From an uncultured Gammaproteobacteria bacterium (GTDB taxonomy: Bacteria; Patescibacteriota; Patescibacteriia; Magasanikbacterales; JBBTQS01): a stretch of 64,000 nt of DNA. Shown one piece after another: positions 9,984 to 19,506 of the stretch. Within the stretch, counting starts at the first letter, position 1. Each line of letters begins with the position of its first letter. The DNA lies in the NCBI GenBank assembly GCA_964627525.1, contig CAZVIA010000005.1, forward strand, positions 6,078-70,077, given 5' to 3'. Under the pieces are notes generated by a model, which did not search any database, was not told the DNA's origin, and worked only from the letters and a program-made list of their open reading frames with translations. The position numbers and the translations under genes are program-made.

Positions 9984-11473
9984 ATCTTAGCATTATAATA
10001 AGATGTATTTAATAATTGATAACACATTGCACCAACTACCATTACTAACATTGCTGTCATAATTGCACGCTGACGTTTTGTTCTTGAAGATTTAAACGCA
10101 GCATAAATCATTGCCAACACTGCAACCAATAAACCTAACCAAGTTGCCAAACCAATAAAACCATTTTCCGCAATTACTTTTTGTAACATTCCATGCGCAT
10201 CCAAAGCATCTCCATATTCTAAAAAGTAAACTTTTGTTTCAGAAACAATTGGTATAAAACTTCCTGGACCATTTCCAAAAATAGGACTGCGCTTAAAATA
10301 CTCCCAAGAAATTCTAGTTAAATCAATTCGCGTATTTGTTGACCCAGCAACCATATGGCTTGTTGAAATTGCAGCCATGTACATTATTATTGGAATCATC
10401 AAAACCAACACTAGTCCAAAAATTTGTTTTGAATATTTTTTTACCCAAGAATTATAAATTTGTTTTTTATATAAATATGCAAAAACCAACAACTCAATCC
10501 CTAAAACCAACCAAGCTGTTCTAGCAAAAGTTAGTAAAGCAACTGCCCCGATCATTACAGTACTTATAAAATATAATTTACGTTTAATTGCGACACGTTC
10601 TTGATAAACCAAATACACACCAATTGGAACCATTACAACTAAAACTTCTGCCAACAAATTATGATTAAAACCTAATGGAGCAACACCTCCAATTGAAAAT
10701 GGAGTTGCACGATGCCACAACCCAGAAAATGGCCCAACCACAACCAAAGAAACCAATCCCATCAAACCAGATAATACACCTGCCACAAAAAAAGTTTTTA
10801 AAGTTTTTACAAAAATTTTTGCATCTTGAATTATGCTGTTTGGTAAAACAACAAACATTAAGTACATAAAAATAATTGGTCTTAGCAAGAATTTTAATCC
10901 ATGAAAAAACAATCTATAATCTGCTGCAAACACAGACAAAACATTTGCTAAAACAAATGCACCAAAAAACAAAATCAAAGGAAGTGCTTTTATTTTTGCA
11001 AATTCTTTTTTAGGCTCTTTCCCAAACTTAGGTTTTTTCCCAGATTCAATTTCTTTTTCAGATTCAGATTCTTTTTTTGGAAACAAAACTATTTTGCGCA
11101 AAACTAATGAGATCAATAAAACTATTGCAAACAAATCTACAAAAGGCGCATCCACAGAAGATAAATATCTTATTCCGCGAGACCAATCATAATTTGCAAA
11201 ATTTATAATCAATCCACTAAACGGAACAAAAAAAGCTAAGATTAATAATCCAATATCTAATCTATATGCAAAAAAAGCAATCGCTGCTGCTACTAAAAAT
11301 ATTATTAAAGGCAGCCACCCAGGCAACAATACAATTAGTAATACAACTGCAACCACACTCAATCCAAACAAAAATACATTGTGTCTATTTTCACCACCAA
11401 TGATTTTTATACTACTAAAATCCGCATACTTTTCTAGATGCGATTTAGATTTTTTAGAAAGCTCTACTTTCAT
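9875..11473 (-). CDS. Polytopic membrane protein, O-antigen ligase/polymerase (Wzy_C)-like, with Lys-rich C-terminal tail
   Basis: More than 10 hydrophobic helices and a large periplasmic-loop pattern; in a glycosylation gene cluster. Confidence 0.5.
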   Translation of the reverse strand: MKVELSKKSKSHLEKYADFSSIKIIGGENRHNVFLFGLSVVAVVLLIVLLPGWLPLIIFLVAAAIAFFAYRLDIGLLILAFFVPFSGLIINFANYDWSRGIRYLSSVDAPFVDLFAIVLLISLVLRKIVLFPKKESESEKEIESGKKPKFGKEPKKEFAKIKALPLILFFGAFVLANVLSVFAADYRLFFHGLKFLLRPIIFMYLMFVVLPNSIIQDAKIFVKTLKTFFVAGVLSGLMGLVSLVVVGPFSGLWHRATPFSIGGVAPLGFNHNLLAEVLVVMVPIGVYLVYQERVAIKRKLYFISTVMIGAVALLTFARTAWLVLGIELLVFAYLYKKQIYNSWVKKYSKQIFGLVLVLMIPIIMYMAAISTSHMVAGSTNTRIDLTRISWEYFKRSPIFGNGPGSFIPIVSETKVYFLEYGDALDAHGMLQKVIAENGFIGLATWLGLLVAVLAMIYAAFKSSRTKRQRAIMTAMLVMVVGAMCYQLLNTSYYNAKMWFPIGIALAVSQMILWENKKKYKSKKKIQSKAKSK

Positions 11474-11628
11474 AAATTCATTATATAAAAAAAATCAGCA
11501 GAGCACTAGGTGGGATAAGTGTCTGCTGATCAGAAAGTTTTGAAGATAGGATTTTAAGGTGGGGTTTTTGGGGCTTGGAATGACAGCAAAGCTGTCACCC
11601 CAAGCCCCGGAGAGTTGAGTAACTAGAT

Positions 11629-13491
11629 CTAGTAACCAACCCAGAAGCGACCACTACAGCCGCTCGCGTTGTTATCCACCAAGGTGATGGACACCAACTG
11701 GTTGTCTACCCACACGACCCACTTCACTCCGGTCGAGTAACCGTCCGGGGAAGAATCGCACCAGTCCTTGTACGGCGTACCGTACTCAGTCTGATACTTC
11801 ACGTTGAAAAAGAACCATCCTCCATGCGGCAGCTTGAAGCCACCTTCTGGGGAAGTGAATGCTCCGCCATTGCCAGCATCCCAGGTGTACCACTCCTGCC
11901 AATCCCAGTGATAGTCACCAGGCGGCGGGTTGGTGCAACCAGTTGCAGACTTTCCGTCCAAGGTCAGGGTCCCGTTTTCACAGAACCAACCCTGGAGCCC
12001 AGCATGGCTCAAACCGAACGTGATGGGCCACTTGACCCAAACGTCCGCGAAATCGTCAATCTGCGGACCAACCACACATGTACCATCCTGACACACGAAC
12101 CCGTCCGAACAATCGTCGTCCGTGTTGCAGCAGAACGGCTTGGTGCTGAATTGGCAGAAACCAGTCATGACATTGCACATGTCCGTGGTACAGGGGTTGT
12201 TGTCCTCGCACACCTTGGAGGTGTAAAAGCACTGCCCGTTCACGCACGTGTCCACTGTACAAGCGTTGGCATCATTGCAGTTCATCAGATCACAAGGATC
12301 GTCCGAAACGCACTGACCCGTAGCCGAATCACAGGAGTAACCAGCACCGCAAACCTTGGGAGACTGATAGCAAGTACCATTTGCCGAGCACGAACCGATC
12401 GTGCAAGGATCTCCATCGTTGCAATGCGTGGGATTGTAGCACTCGCTGCAAAGCCCTTCCACGCAGTACGGTGTATTACCACCACACAACCCGCAAGAAC
12501 CACCACAACCATCAGTACCACACTCTTCTCCAGAACAGTTAGGGACGCAAGGCAGCGGCGAAGGAACAACACACTCGTTGTCCACGCACACCAACCCAGT
12601 GTCGCAATTGTAATCGTACAAGCAACACCCTAGCACCCCAGCGTAAGTGCACCCATTTACAGGGTTACACGTATCTGATGTACATGGGTTGTCATCATTG
12701 CAGTCAAGCCCACTTTCACCAGGTTGGCAAGCCATACCCTCGCAATGGTCACCCTCAGTGCATAGATCGTTATCAGTACACAAGGTTCCAGGCTCTGCTG
12801 CAACGTAACTGCAGCCATAGCCATTGACACAAGTATCCACAGTACAAACGTTGTTGTCAGCGCACGACTTCGGAGAGCCGCTTACGCACTGATCAGCGCT
12901 GCATGTGTCATTTTCGGTACAAGTATCTCCATCATCACATGCCTGACCATAACGCGGGACATTCTCACACAATCCATCGTCTTTGCAAACGTTGAATGTG
13001 CACTGATTTCCATCGTCACAATCAATGTGAAACTCGCACAGCGGATCCTGGCACGCGCCTTCAACGCAAACCATCTCGCCAACACAAGCACCACAAGAGC
13101 CACCGCAACTGTCTGTACCACATACCTTGTCCAGGCAATTCGGCATACAGCAAGTGTTTTCATAACACACCTCGCCGCCAGTACAGTCTGGGTTACTCTG
13201 GCACACGCCAACGGGTCCATCATCCGGAGTTCCCTCGTCAGGAGTGCCTTCATCTGGGCTACCCACATCCGGGTTTCCAGTGTCCAGCTTCCCAACCTCG
13301 GGTTGTCCAGTGTCCGGAGTTCCAACGTCCGGGGCACTCACGTCTGCTACCGGCTGAGGCATATCCTCTTCCGGCATATTCGGGGTGCACCCAGAGCAGG
13401 TAAAAATCGCACACACAACGGACACAAGCAGAGCTGTCAACAGAACTACCAACGTCCGCATGAACTTACGATCCCTTTGGGTAAAGATCAT
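11629..13491 (-). CDS. Secreted cysteine-rich repeat protein (high GC ~57%); over 15 repeats of C-x-D-x-N-x-C-T-x-D-x-C; Pro/Asp-rich linker; C-terminal beta-rich domain
   Basis: Signal peptide MIFTQRDRKFMRTLVVLLTALLVSVVC; strong RBS AGGGAG 6 nt before ATG; repeats such as CDDGNQCTFNVC, CNDDNPCTSDTC. Confidence 0.7.
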   Translation of the reverse strand: MIFTQRDRKFMRTLVVLLTALLVSVVCAIFTCSGCTPNMPEEDMPQPVADVSAPDVGTPDTGQPEVGKLDTGNPDVGSPDEGTPDEGTPDDGPVGVCQSNPDCTGGEVCYENTCCMPNCLDKVCGTDSCGGSCGACVGEMVCVEGACQDPLCEFHIDCDDGNQCTFNVCKDDGLCENVPRYGQACDDGDTCTENDTCSADQCVSGSPKSCADNNVCTVDTCVNGYGCSYVAAEPGTLCTDNDLCTEGDHCEGMACQPGESGLDCNDDNPCTSDTCNPVNGCTYAGVLGCCLYDYNCDTGLVCVDNECVVPSPLPCVPNCSGEECGTDGCGGSCGLCGGNTPYCVEGLCSECYNPTHCNDGDPCTIGSCSANGTCYQSPKVCGAGYSCDSATGQCVSDDPCDLMNCNDANACTVDTCVNGQCFYTSKVCEDNNPCTTDMCNVMTGFCQFSTKPFCCNTDDDCSDGFVCQDGTCVVGPQIDDFADVWVKWPITFGLSHAGLQGWFCENGTLTLDGKSATGCTNPPPGDYHWDWQEWYTWDAGNGGAFTSPEGGFKLPHGGWFFFNVKYQTEYGTPYKDWCDSSPDGYSTGVKWVVWVDNQLVSITLVDNNASGCSGRFWVGY

Positions 13492-13800
13492 AACAATCTC
13501 CCTGTTGGCCCCCTAGGGCCGGTAAAGCCCGTTAAGGCGTCGAATTCTGGTCTTCTTCAGTGGAACTGTGTTCCAAACGTCCGGCTCAAGAGCGTCACTA
13601 TTGAAGGAGGGCACAATAGCGAACCCGAACCGAACGATTACAACACAGTTCATCAAGCAATTTATGTGTTTTTTTACACAAATCCTGCTTGTTAAAGGAG
13701 AGGTTATACTAGCATAATTACATGTTTTTGTCAAGCTATTTTTGTATAAGCAAGTTTATTTACTTTTTTTTGTAAATTTACAACTTATTTAACCTCAAAA

Positions 13801-13886
13801 TTTCCCTAAAATTACAAAACCCATAGCAAAGTTAATTACTACGGGCTCTGTGTTGTTAAAAGCGCTTAAGTGGCGCTCCATTGAAA
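13801..13886 (-). terminator. Conserved two-hairpin plus U-tract 3' module (copy 1) just after the stop of 13887..14990
   Basis: Hairpins agcgc-ttaagtg-gcgct and cccgtag-N12-ctatggg, then U-run (minus-strand sense). Homologous to 15241..15324 with compensatory stem changes. Confidence 0.65.
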
Positions 13887-14990
13887 CTAGAAGTTGATAA
13901 TGCCTCGGAGTTGCACTGGCACTACACCATGCCACTTTCCAAGACTGTCACGAATCCATTCGCCACCAACAGCGACCTTAGCTCCATACCTGACCAGCGA
14001 CTTTTCGTCACCGTTCAAATACGAAACACCAGCAAGAAAACCTGGACCTCGACCATCCCAAGACAACACACCCCCAGTCGAAGCCTGAGTAATTGTGCCC
14101 TCCAAGGTCAACTGAATGGCTGGGTGCACTGTGAAATCCACCCCAAAGGCAGCGCCCCAGAGATGACTGAAGTCTGCATCTTCATCAGACCCAGGCAAAT
14201 CCATTGGCTGACCAATGGCAGTGTTCAGCTCTGCATGCATTCCCAAAACCTCATTGCGGAGATTCCAGTTGTACCGCAGTGCCAACTCACCAACCAAGTG
14301 GGTGGGAAGTTCGTCGCTGTTCAAACCAGGCCTGAACCGCAAACCATATTCCAGAGACAATCCATTCCAACGATGGTTAGCCTTACCAGTAAGTCCGCCA
14401 CCACTATCACGCCCTTCTGGACCATGCACATCGTTCTCCAAACGAGAAATCCGCTGCCCTTGAAAAAGCAACGACTGGTCTTGCGATATATCTCTGGTAT
14501 CTTGGATTCCCTGCGCCTTGCAAGTACGCCAGTCCAGCTCCAAGTACAAGTACTGAAACTCGGAAACCTGCCTTGCTACTTGCGGCTCGTTACAAGAAAA
14601 CCTATGGAAATCTTGGTCAGCGGAAAACCGATCAGTGAAACTCATCTGTGCAGCTGCACACCTACGACGAGCAAGTACATACTGTGGGTTGTCCTGATAC
14701 ATACCAGGATTCACTGACACAGTAGCACGAACCTTCAAACAAGGATGACTTGCAACTACAGCGAAAAGCCGATCGAAAAGCATGGTCGCCTGTGCGCGCG
14801 GTTGCACCATACACTCAAGAGTACCATCAAACCAGTTCTCCATTGGCGCCAAATCCACACCAGAGTATGGACCTATGATTTGTTTCACTGGCTCAATCGG
14901 CAACTTGTCAACGTAAGGCGGTGGCACCTGAGCATTTGCAAGACCCGCCACAAACATGATCATCACGAAACATGCGAGTTGCTTTGACAT
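13887..14990 (-). CDS. Secreted protein with outer-membrane beta-barrel-like features (signal peptide, alternating hydrophobic strands, C-terminal ...GIINF), high GC
   Basis: Start taken at MSKQLACFVMIMFVAGLANAQ (RBS AAGGGGAAAG); C-terminal Phe and beta-strand patterns such as YGAKVAVGGEW. Confidence 0.5.
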   Translation of the reverse strand: MSKQLACFVMIMFVAGLANAQVPPPYVDKLPIEPVKQIIGPYSGVDLAPMENWFDGTLECMVQPRAQATMLFDRLFAVVASHPCLKVRATVSVNPGMYQDNPQYVLARRRCAAAQMSFTDRFSADQDFHRFSCNEPQVARQVSEFQYLYLELDWRTCKAQGIQDTRDISQDQSLLFQGQRISRLENDVHGPEGRDSGGGLTGKANHRWNGLSLEYGLRFRPGLNSDELPTHLVGELALRYNWNLRNEVLGMHAELNTAIGQPMDLPGSDEDADFSHLWGAAFGVDFTVHPAIQLTLEGTITQASTGGVLSWDGRGPGFLAGVSYLNGDEKSLVRYGAKVAVGGEWIRDSLGKWHGVVPVQLRGIINF

Positions 14991-15240
14991 CTTTTCTTTC
15001 CCCTTTGCCCAGCGGGCATTTTTAGCGCCCACTGAGCGCTTTTTCCGAACAATTGCTTATCTGCTAGTTAATCAACCAACAGATTGCAACAACTAAAGCC
15101 ATTAGCATTAATTGTTGCAACCTCTTAGCTAAAATTAGCCCAAAAATCAATCTTTTTTCTGAAGACTTAGATTAGCACAAATAAACTAATCTGTCAAGTA
15201 CTTAATACAATATATTTTTATAATCTAGAAAAACCTAATT

Positions 15241-15324
15241 TTTGCCTAAAATTACAAAACCCGCAGTAAAGTTAATTACTACGGGTCCTGTGTTGTTGAG
15301 AGCGTTTTCACGCTCTACTAGAAA
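15241..15324 (-). terminator. Conserved two-hairpin plus U-tract 3' module (copy 2) after the stop of 15325..16137
   Basis: gagagcg-ttttca-cgctct and cccgtag-N12-ctgcggg; covariation relative to copy 1 keeps pairing. Confidence 0.65.
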
Positions 15325-16137
15325 CTAGAAGTACCGACCAGACCGAGCCGAAGTACGCGACGGCGGCGGATTACGACGACCTTGCGGAGGTCGCGGTGCT
15401 GGTCGCACGATCCGACGGCGCATCGTATTGACACGACGCGGCGAGGAACCCATCACGAATCCAGCATCTGCGGCAGGCAACGAACTCGGACGATCTTCAC
15501 GACGACTACGAGTAGCACGAGGCACTGAACGATCCTCACGGCGAGCAAATCGCTGCAACACCTTACGCTCCTGAGGAGCATAGTAAGAAGTCGCGGGAGC
15601 TGCAGCACAAGGCTTCAACCAATTCAACCGATGCACTGCCTCCAAGCAATACTCCATCGCAGCCTCACGCTGGGAATGTTCGTGCTCAACTCGATCCACA
15701 GCGTTCCACTTCTCCTCCAGGACGTGACGCTGTAGAGTTAGGTCACCATTGGTGTTTCCAACAGACCTTTGCAGACCTTCCAACTCCAAGATGTTCAGAG
15801 CGGAAGCCAACTTATACCAGGTCCAGGAACCCTTCTTGGTCTCGAACAACTGGTCCACGGCATCTCGCAAAACGAGCTTGTCCGGAACCTTGTTTCCATT
15901 CAAGTCCAACTTGGGAACCTCATTCACATGATGACGTGCCGTAGCACTGCCACCAAGGGCACATTTCGTTACTGCCGAAATGGCATCACGAACCGGCTGC
16001 ATTCGACGCAACTCCGCGGCAACAGCTCGCTTTTCCTCAGCCAACTTGGCTGCCTGACCCCCCTTTCGGTTATGGGCCAATGCCGTCATCGGAATCGCGA
16101 ACAGAACGATGAGAATGAGTGCGATACTTCGCTTCAT
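15325..16137 (-). CDS. Secreted protein with Arg/Pro-rich disordered C-terminal tail ending ...GRYF (high GC)
   Basis: Start at MKRSIALILIVLFAIPMTALA (RBS GGAGGGAAGG); signal peptide; tail RRRIVRPAPRPPQGRRNPPPSR. Confidence 0.5.
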   Translation of the reverse strand: MKRSIALILIVLFAIPMTALAHNRKGGQAAKLAEEKRAVAAELRRMQPVRDAISAVTKCALGGSATARHHVNEVPKLDLNGNKVPDKLVLRDAVDQLFETKKGSWTWYKLASALNILELEGLQRSVGNTNGDLTLQRHVLEEKWNAVDRVEHEHSQREAAMEYCLEAVHRLNWLKPCAAAPATSYYAPQERKVLQRFARREDRSVPRATRSRREDRPSSLPAADAGFVMGSSPRRVNTMRRRIVRPAPRPPQGRRNPPPSRTSARSGRYF

Positions 16138-16446
16138 CTTCCTTCCCTCCAAGGAGTTTTTAAACCCCTTTGCTGTGATTCTGAAAAGGGCATACGAGAA
16201 TCACCACGCGGTGACCACGACGGCACAACGGGTGATTCCCGTGCTGCCCCTTCCATGGCTAGTTTCCAAATGTGCCGTAATTAGGGCTTAATTTACGAGA
16301 AATTTAACCCTAATTACCACACACCCAGCAAGAAGATAACTTAGCACAAATCTTAAATTTTGTCAAGCCCTAAAATCACTTACTAAAAAAACAATAAAAA
16401 AAGGCACAAAAATTGCCTAAAATTAGATAAAATAATGAATTTTTAT

Positions 16447-17085
16447 TTAACCAAAATAAACCTGATCTTTAGAAAGTTTTTTCTCTTTTTTAAATAAAAC
16501 ACGAAGACTTGCCAAAATTAAACCAAACAAAAACCCAACAATAGCATTGGCAATTAAATTTGGTTTTACTGGAAAATTAGAAACAACTGCTTTTTCAACA
16601 GCTTTAAACTCAACTTGAGGACCAACATACTCAACCCCATTTTCAACCAAAGTATTAATTACTGCATCTGAAATAATTTCAGCTTGGCGCCCATCAACAC
16701 TATATGCAGTTACTCTTAACAAACCAGTTCCTGGACTAACTTGCGGATCAATGGTTTGTTTCCAATACTTACGACGTTTATTTTCATCTTTTGGAAAAAC
16801 TTTTGAAACAATTCTTAAATCACTTTCCAAAACCTGACTTAAAAAAGAACTTGTCTCAACAATCTGTGATAAGTTTTCCCCTACACGTTCTGCAGATTTA
16901 ATTACTGTGTATGGATCTACTCCAAAACCTTGACGTGGAATAATTAATAAACTTCCAGTTGCGCTGTACTTCAAAGGAAAAAGCAAACTCACAATTATTG
17001 CAATCACACCAACTACCACACCTATTCCAATTAAAAATTTTGTGCGCTTAAGTAATTGTAAAATGTATGAATTTTGTTCAGACAT
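16447..17085 (-). CDS. Wzz/YveK-like polysaccharide chain-length determinant (N- and C-terminal TM)
   Basis: TM at ~17-37 and ~170-195 with periplasmic domain between; glycan cluster context. Confidence 0.45.
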   Translation of the reverse strand: MSEQNSYILQLLKRTKFLIGIGVVVGVIAIIVSLLFPLKYSATGSLLIIPRQGFGVDPYTVIKSAERVGENLSQIVETSSFLSQVLESDLRIVSKVFPKDENKRRKYWKQTIDPQVSPGTGLLRVTAYSVDGRQAEIISDAVINTLVENGVEYVGPQVEFKAVEKAVVSNFPVKPNLIANAIVGFLFGLILASLRVLFKKEKKLSKDQVYFG

Positions 17086-17108
17086 ATTTTCAAAAAGTTT
17101 TGCAAAAA

Positions 17109-18233
17109 TTATTCTGCGATCAAAGGTAAATCAATTGTAATTTCTTCATCTTCTCTTTCAACTTGCAACTGAACCGTTGTGCCAACTGGATATGAATACA
17201 ACAATGGAACTAGCGCTTGTTTTTCATCAATAGCAATTCCATTTACAGCTATGATACGATCGTCTTTTAGCAAAACAAAATCATCTGCAGCTGTGTAATG
17301 AATTTTCATTATTAATGCTCCTGCTTTAGCAACTTCTGTATCTGTGCTTTTTACTCCAGATAAATCAACGTAATCAAACGGCAAATCTGGACGCAAAATT
17401 CTTTGTGACACAAATAATTCTTCAAGCACCGGAGAAATAATTGTCGCAGCCACAAACTCAATATTATTATTTGCAGGATCAAGCTTACTTACAATACCTA
17501 AAACCTCTCCGTGTTTATTTAAAATTGGATGACCAATTTCAATTCCTTTATAACTTGGACTTGCTAAACCAAGTGCTTGATATTTTCCTGCGTCGCGAAC
17601 AACACAAGTTGCGTTTGCACAATTAAAATTACTCACTTCATTTATTATCATAGCACGAAGCGGCCCTTGCATGGTAGGTACTGCAGCAATTTCTGTTAAA
17701 ACAGAACTATCAAATCTTGCAAAAGCAAATGGAGTTAAAGAATCTGTTTCAACTTTTGCAAAAACAAGTGAGGTCGCCGGGTCTTGAATTATTTTTTCAA
17801 CTTTTGCAAACTCTCCGTTTGGCAAAGCTATCACTGCATTTATATTTTTCAAAACATCGCTTGTACTTACTACCCAACCATCATTTGTAATTGCCAAAGC
17901 AATTCCGCGCAAGTCACGATCATCTATATATAAACTTGATAAAAAAACTTTACTTGCAGCGCGTTTTGTATAAACCGGCAAAACACCTTGCAAAACATTT
18001 TTATCAATTGATTGAACAATTGATTTTGCATCTTCTGTAACAAAAACTGGCGTTGGTCTTTCAACAATAGTTATGTTTCCTTTTCCAATAAAACCTGCAA
18101 CTAAAGCACCAACAAAACCTGCGCCAATTAACACAACTACTACACCTAAAATTTGTGCTAATTTAAATGTTTTTTTCTTAATTTGTTCTTCTCTTTGTAA
18201 ATCTCTTGGTGGTAAATGCGGAGATAATCCCAT
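17109..18233 (-). CDS. HtrA/DegP-like trypsin-fold plus PDZ protein lacking the canonical GNSGGP catalytic serine motif (possible pseudo-protease)
   Basis: N-terminal TM; the position homologous to GNSGGPLxNxxGEVIGI reads IGHPILNKHGEVLGIV; C-terminal PDZ-like VGTTVQLQVERE. Confidence 0.5.
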   Translation of the reverse strand: MGLSPHLPPRDLQREEQIKKKTFKLAQILGVVVVLIGAGFVGALVAGFIGKGNITIVERPTPVFVTEDAKSIVQSIDKNVLQGVLPVYTKRAASKVFLSSLYIDDRDLRGIALAITNDGWVVSTSDVLKNINAVIALPNGEFAKVEKIIQDPATSLVFAKVETDSLTPFAFARFDSSVLTEIAAVPTMQGPLRAMIINEVSNFNCANATCVVRDAGKYQALGLASPSYKGIEIGHPILNKHGEVLGIVSKLDPANNNIEFVAATIISPVLEELFVSQRILRPDLPFDYVDLSGVKSTDTEVAKAGALIMKIHYTAADDFVLLKDDRIIAVNGIAIDEKQALVPLLYSYPVGTTVQLQVEREDEEITIDLPLIAE

Positions 18234-18272
18234 ATTTTTTATTTTATTTTTGGAAACAAAACCTTAACATAT

Positions 18273-19010
18273 TTACAGCCATCGTGCAAGTATTAACACT
18301 AAAATAATTATCCCTGCCAAAATACCGTACAATTTATAATTTTTTACTGCATTTAAAATCATTAGAAAACCTATGTACAAAATTGTTCCAATCAATGCTG
18401 TGATCGCGTGACCAAATGGTAAAAACAACAACACCCAGCTGATTTCAATCATACTAATTAACAAAACCAAAGTGCTGGCAAGTTGATATGCTTTTCTTTT
18501 TTCTACAAAACACAACAAAGCATAAATTTGTGTTGCTGTGACTAATCCAACTAATATCAAAACCCAAATTAATTTTAATTGCACAAATACAACTAATCCA
18601 AAAACAGAAAACAAAGTTAAGAACATTGTGTATGCTTGTGTGACCCAAGATGTATTTAATAAAACTAATTGCGCACGTTTTGCTGGAACTAACATAAAAT
18701 GTAATCCATGATAATCGTGCAACAACAAAATAAATCCGCTTAAAAATATAACTATAAAATGCAAGGTTGCGCTTTCAACAAAATACAAGACACCAATTGT
18801 GCTTATCAAAAGCCAAATACTTTGTGTGAACAACAAAGGTCTTAAAGAACTTTTTCTGGCTTTTTTTGTATAAACCATCAGACCGCTTGTGTGGAAAATC
18901 AAAACCGTGATTCCAATAAAAATTGCAAGTTGCGGTAACACACGAACAAAAAGCAGCCCAGCTGCGCTAATGGCTGCAAGTAAAATTGCATTATGCAATT
19001 CCTTACTCAT
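18273..19010 (-). CDS. Hypothetical polytopic membrane protein
   Basis: Seven or more hydrophobic helices; no motif recognised. Confidence 0.45.
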   Translation of the reverse strand: MSKELHNAILLAAISAAGLLFVRVLPQLAIFIGITVLIFHTSGLMVYTKKARKSSLRPLLFTQSIWLLISTIGVLYFVESATLHFIVIFLSGFILLLHDYHGLHFMLVPAKRAQLVLLNTSWVTQAYTMFLTLFSVFGLVVFVQLKLIWVLILVGLVTATQIYALLCFVEKRKAYQLASTLVLLISMIEISWVLLFLPFGHAITALIGTILYIGFLMILNAVKNYKLYGILAGIIILVLILARWL

Positions 19011-19035
19011 AACTCATAAAAATTATTTATTCAAA

Positions 19036-19482
19036 CTATTTAAGCGCTTCTGTAATATCAAACACCTCTTCAGACAATTCGTCAAGTAGCACCTGTGTAT
19101 TATCAGTTAAATCAACTTCTAAAATCGCGACAATTTGTGCTGCATCTAAAACCAAACTCAAGTGAAGAGTTTGCATTATTGGCGGCACTGGAAATGAAAT
19201 TAAAGCTTGGTGCATTTCTTCTGCACTATTTTTCATTTTAATTTGATCTTCTGGTAATTTTAAATCTTCTATATTAACTTCATATTCTTGCACAAGAGAA
19301 CGCACATCTTTTACATATTTTTTTTCTACTACAGTTGGCTCATAATCTTGAATCACAGTTGGGTCTGCTGGTTTTATTTCTGCTCTATACACAAAAATAA
19401 TTAAAGCCAACAAAAGTGTAGTTGTAATTAAAACAATCCACAAAAAAACTGGAGTTGAAGGTTTATTTTTTAGAAAAAACAT
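19036..19482 (-). CDS. Hypothetical membrane-anchored protein
   Basis: Single N-terminal TM, acidic C-terminal region. Confidence 0.4.
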   Translation of the reverse strand: MFFLKNKPSTPVFLWIVLITTTLLLALIIFVYRAEIKPADPTVIQDYEPTVVEKKYVKDVRSLVQEYEVNIEDLKLPEDQIKMKNSAEEMHQALISFPVPPIMQTLHLSLVLDAAQIVAILEVDLTDNTQVLLDELSEEVFDITEALK

Positions 19483-19506
19483 ATTGGGTTTTGTAAAAAA
19501 TTTTTC

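Noticed and set aside
11824-13695. Several long plus-strand ORFs (269 aa, 222 aa, 135 aa) in the high-GC island
   Set aside because: They are antisense to the well-supported minus-strand Cys-rich gene. Open frames are expected by chance in GC-rich DNA. They have no RBS or start context and their translations are Arg/Thr-rich low-complexity.
13881-14717. 278-aa plus-strand ORF
   Set aside because: Antisense to 13887..14990, which has a signal peptide, RBS and a conserved 3' module. The plus-strand ORF has none of these.
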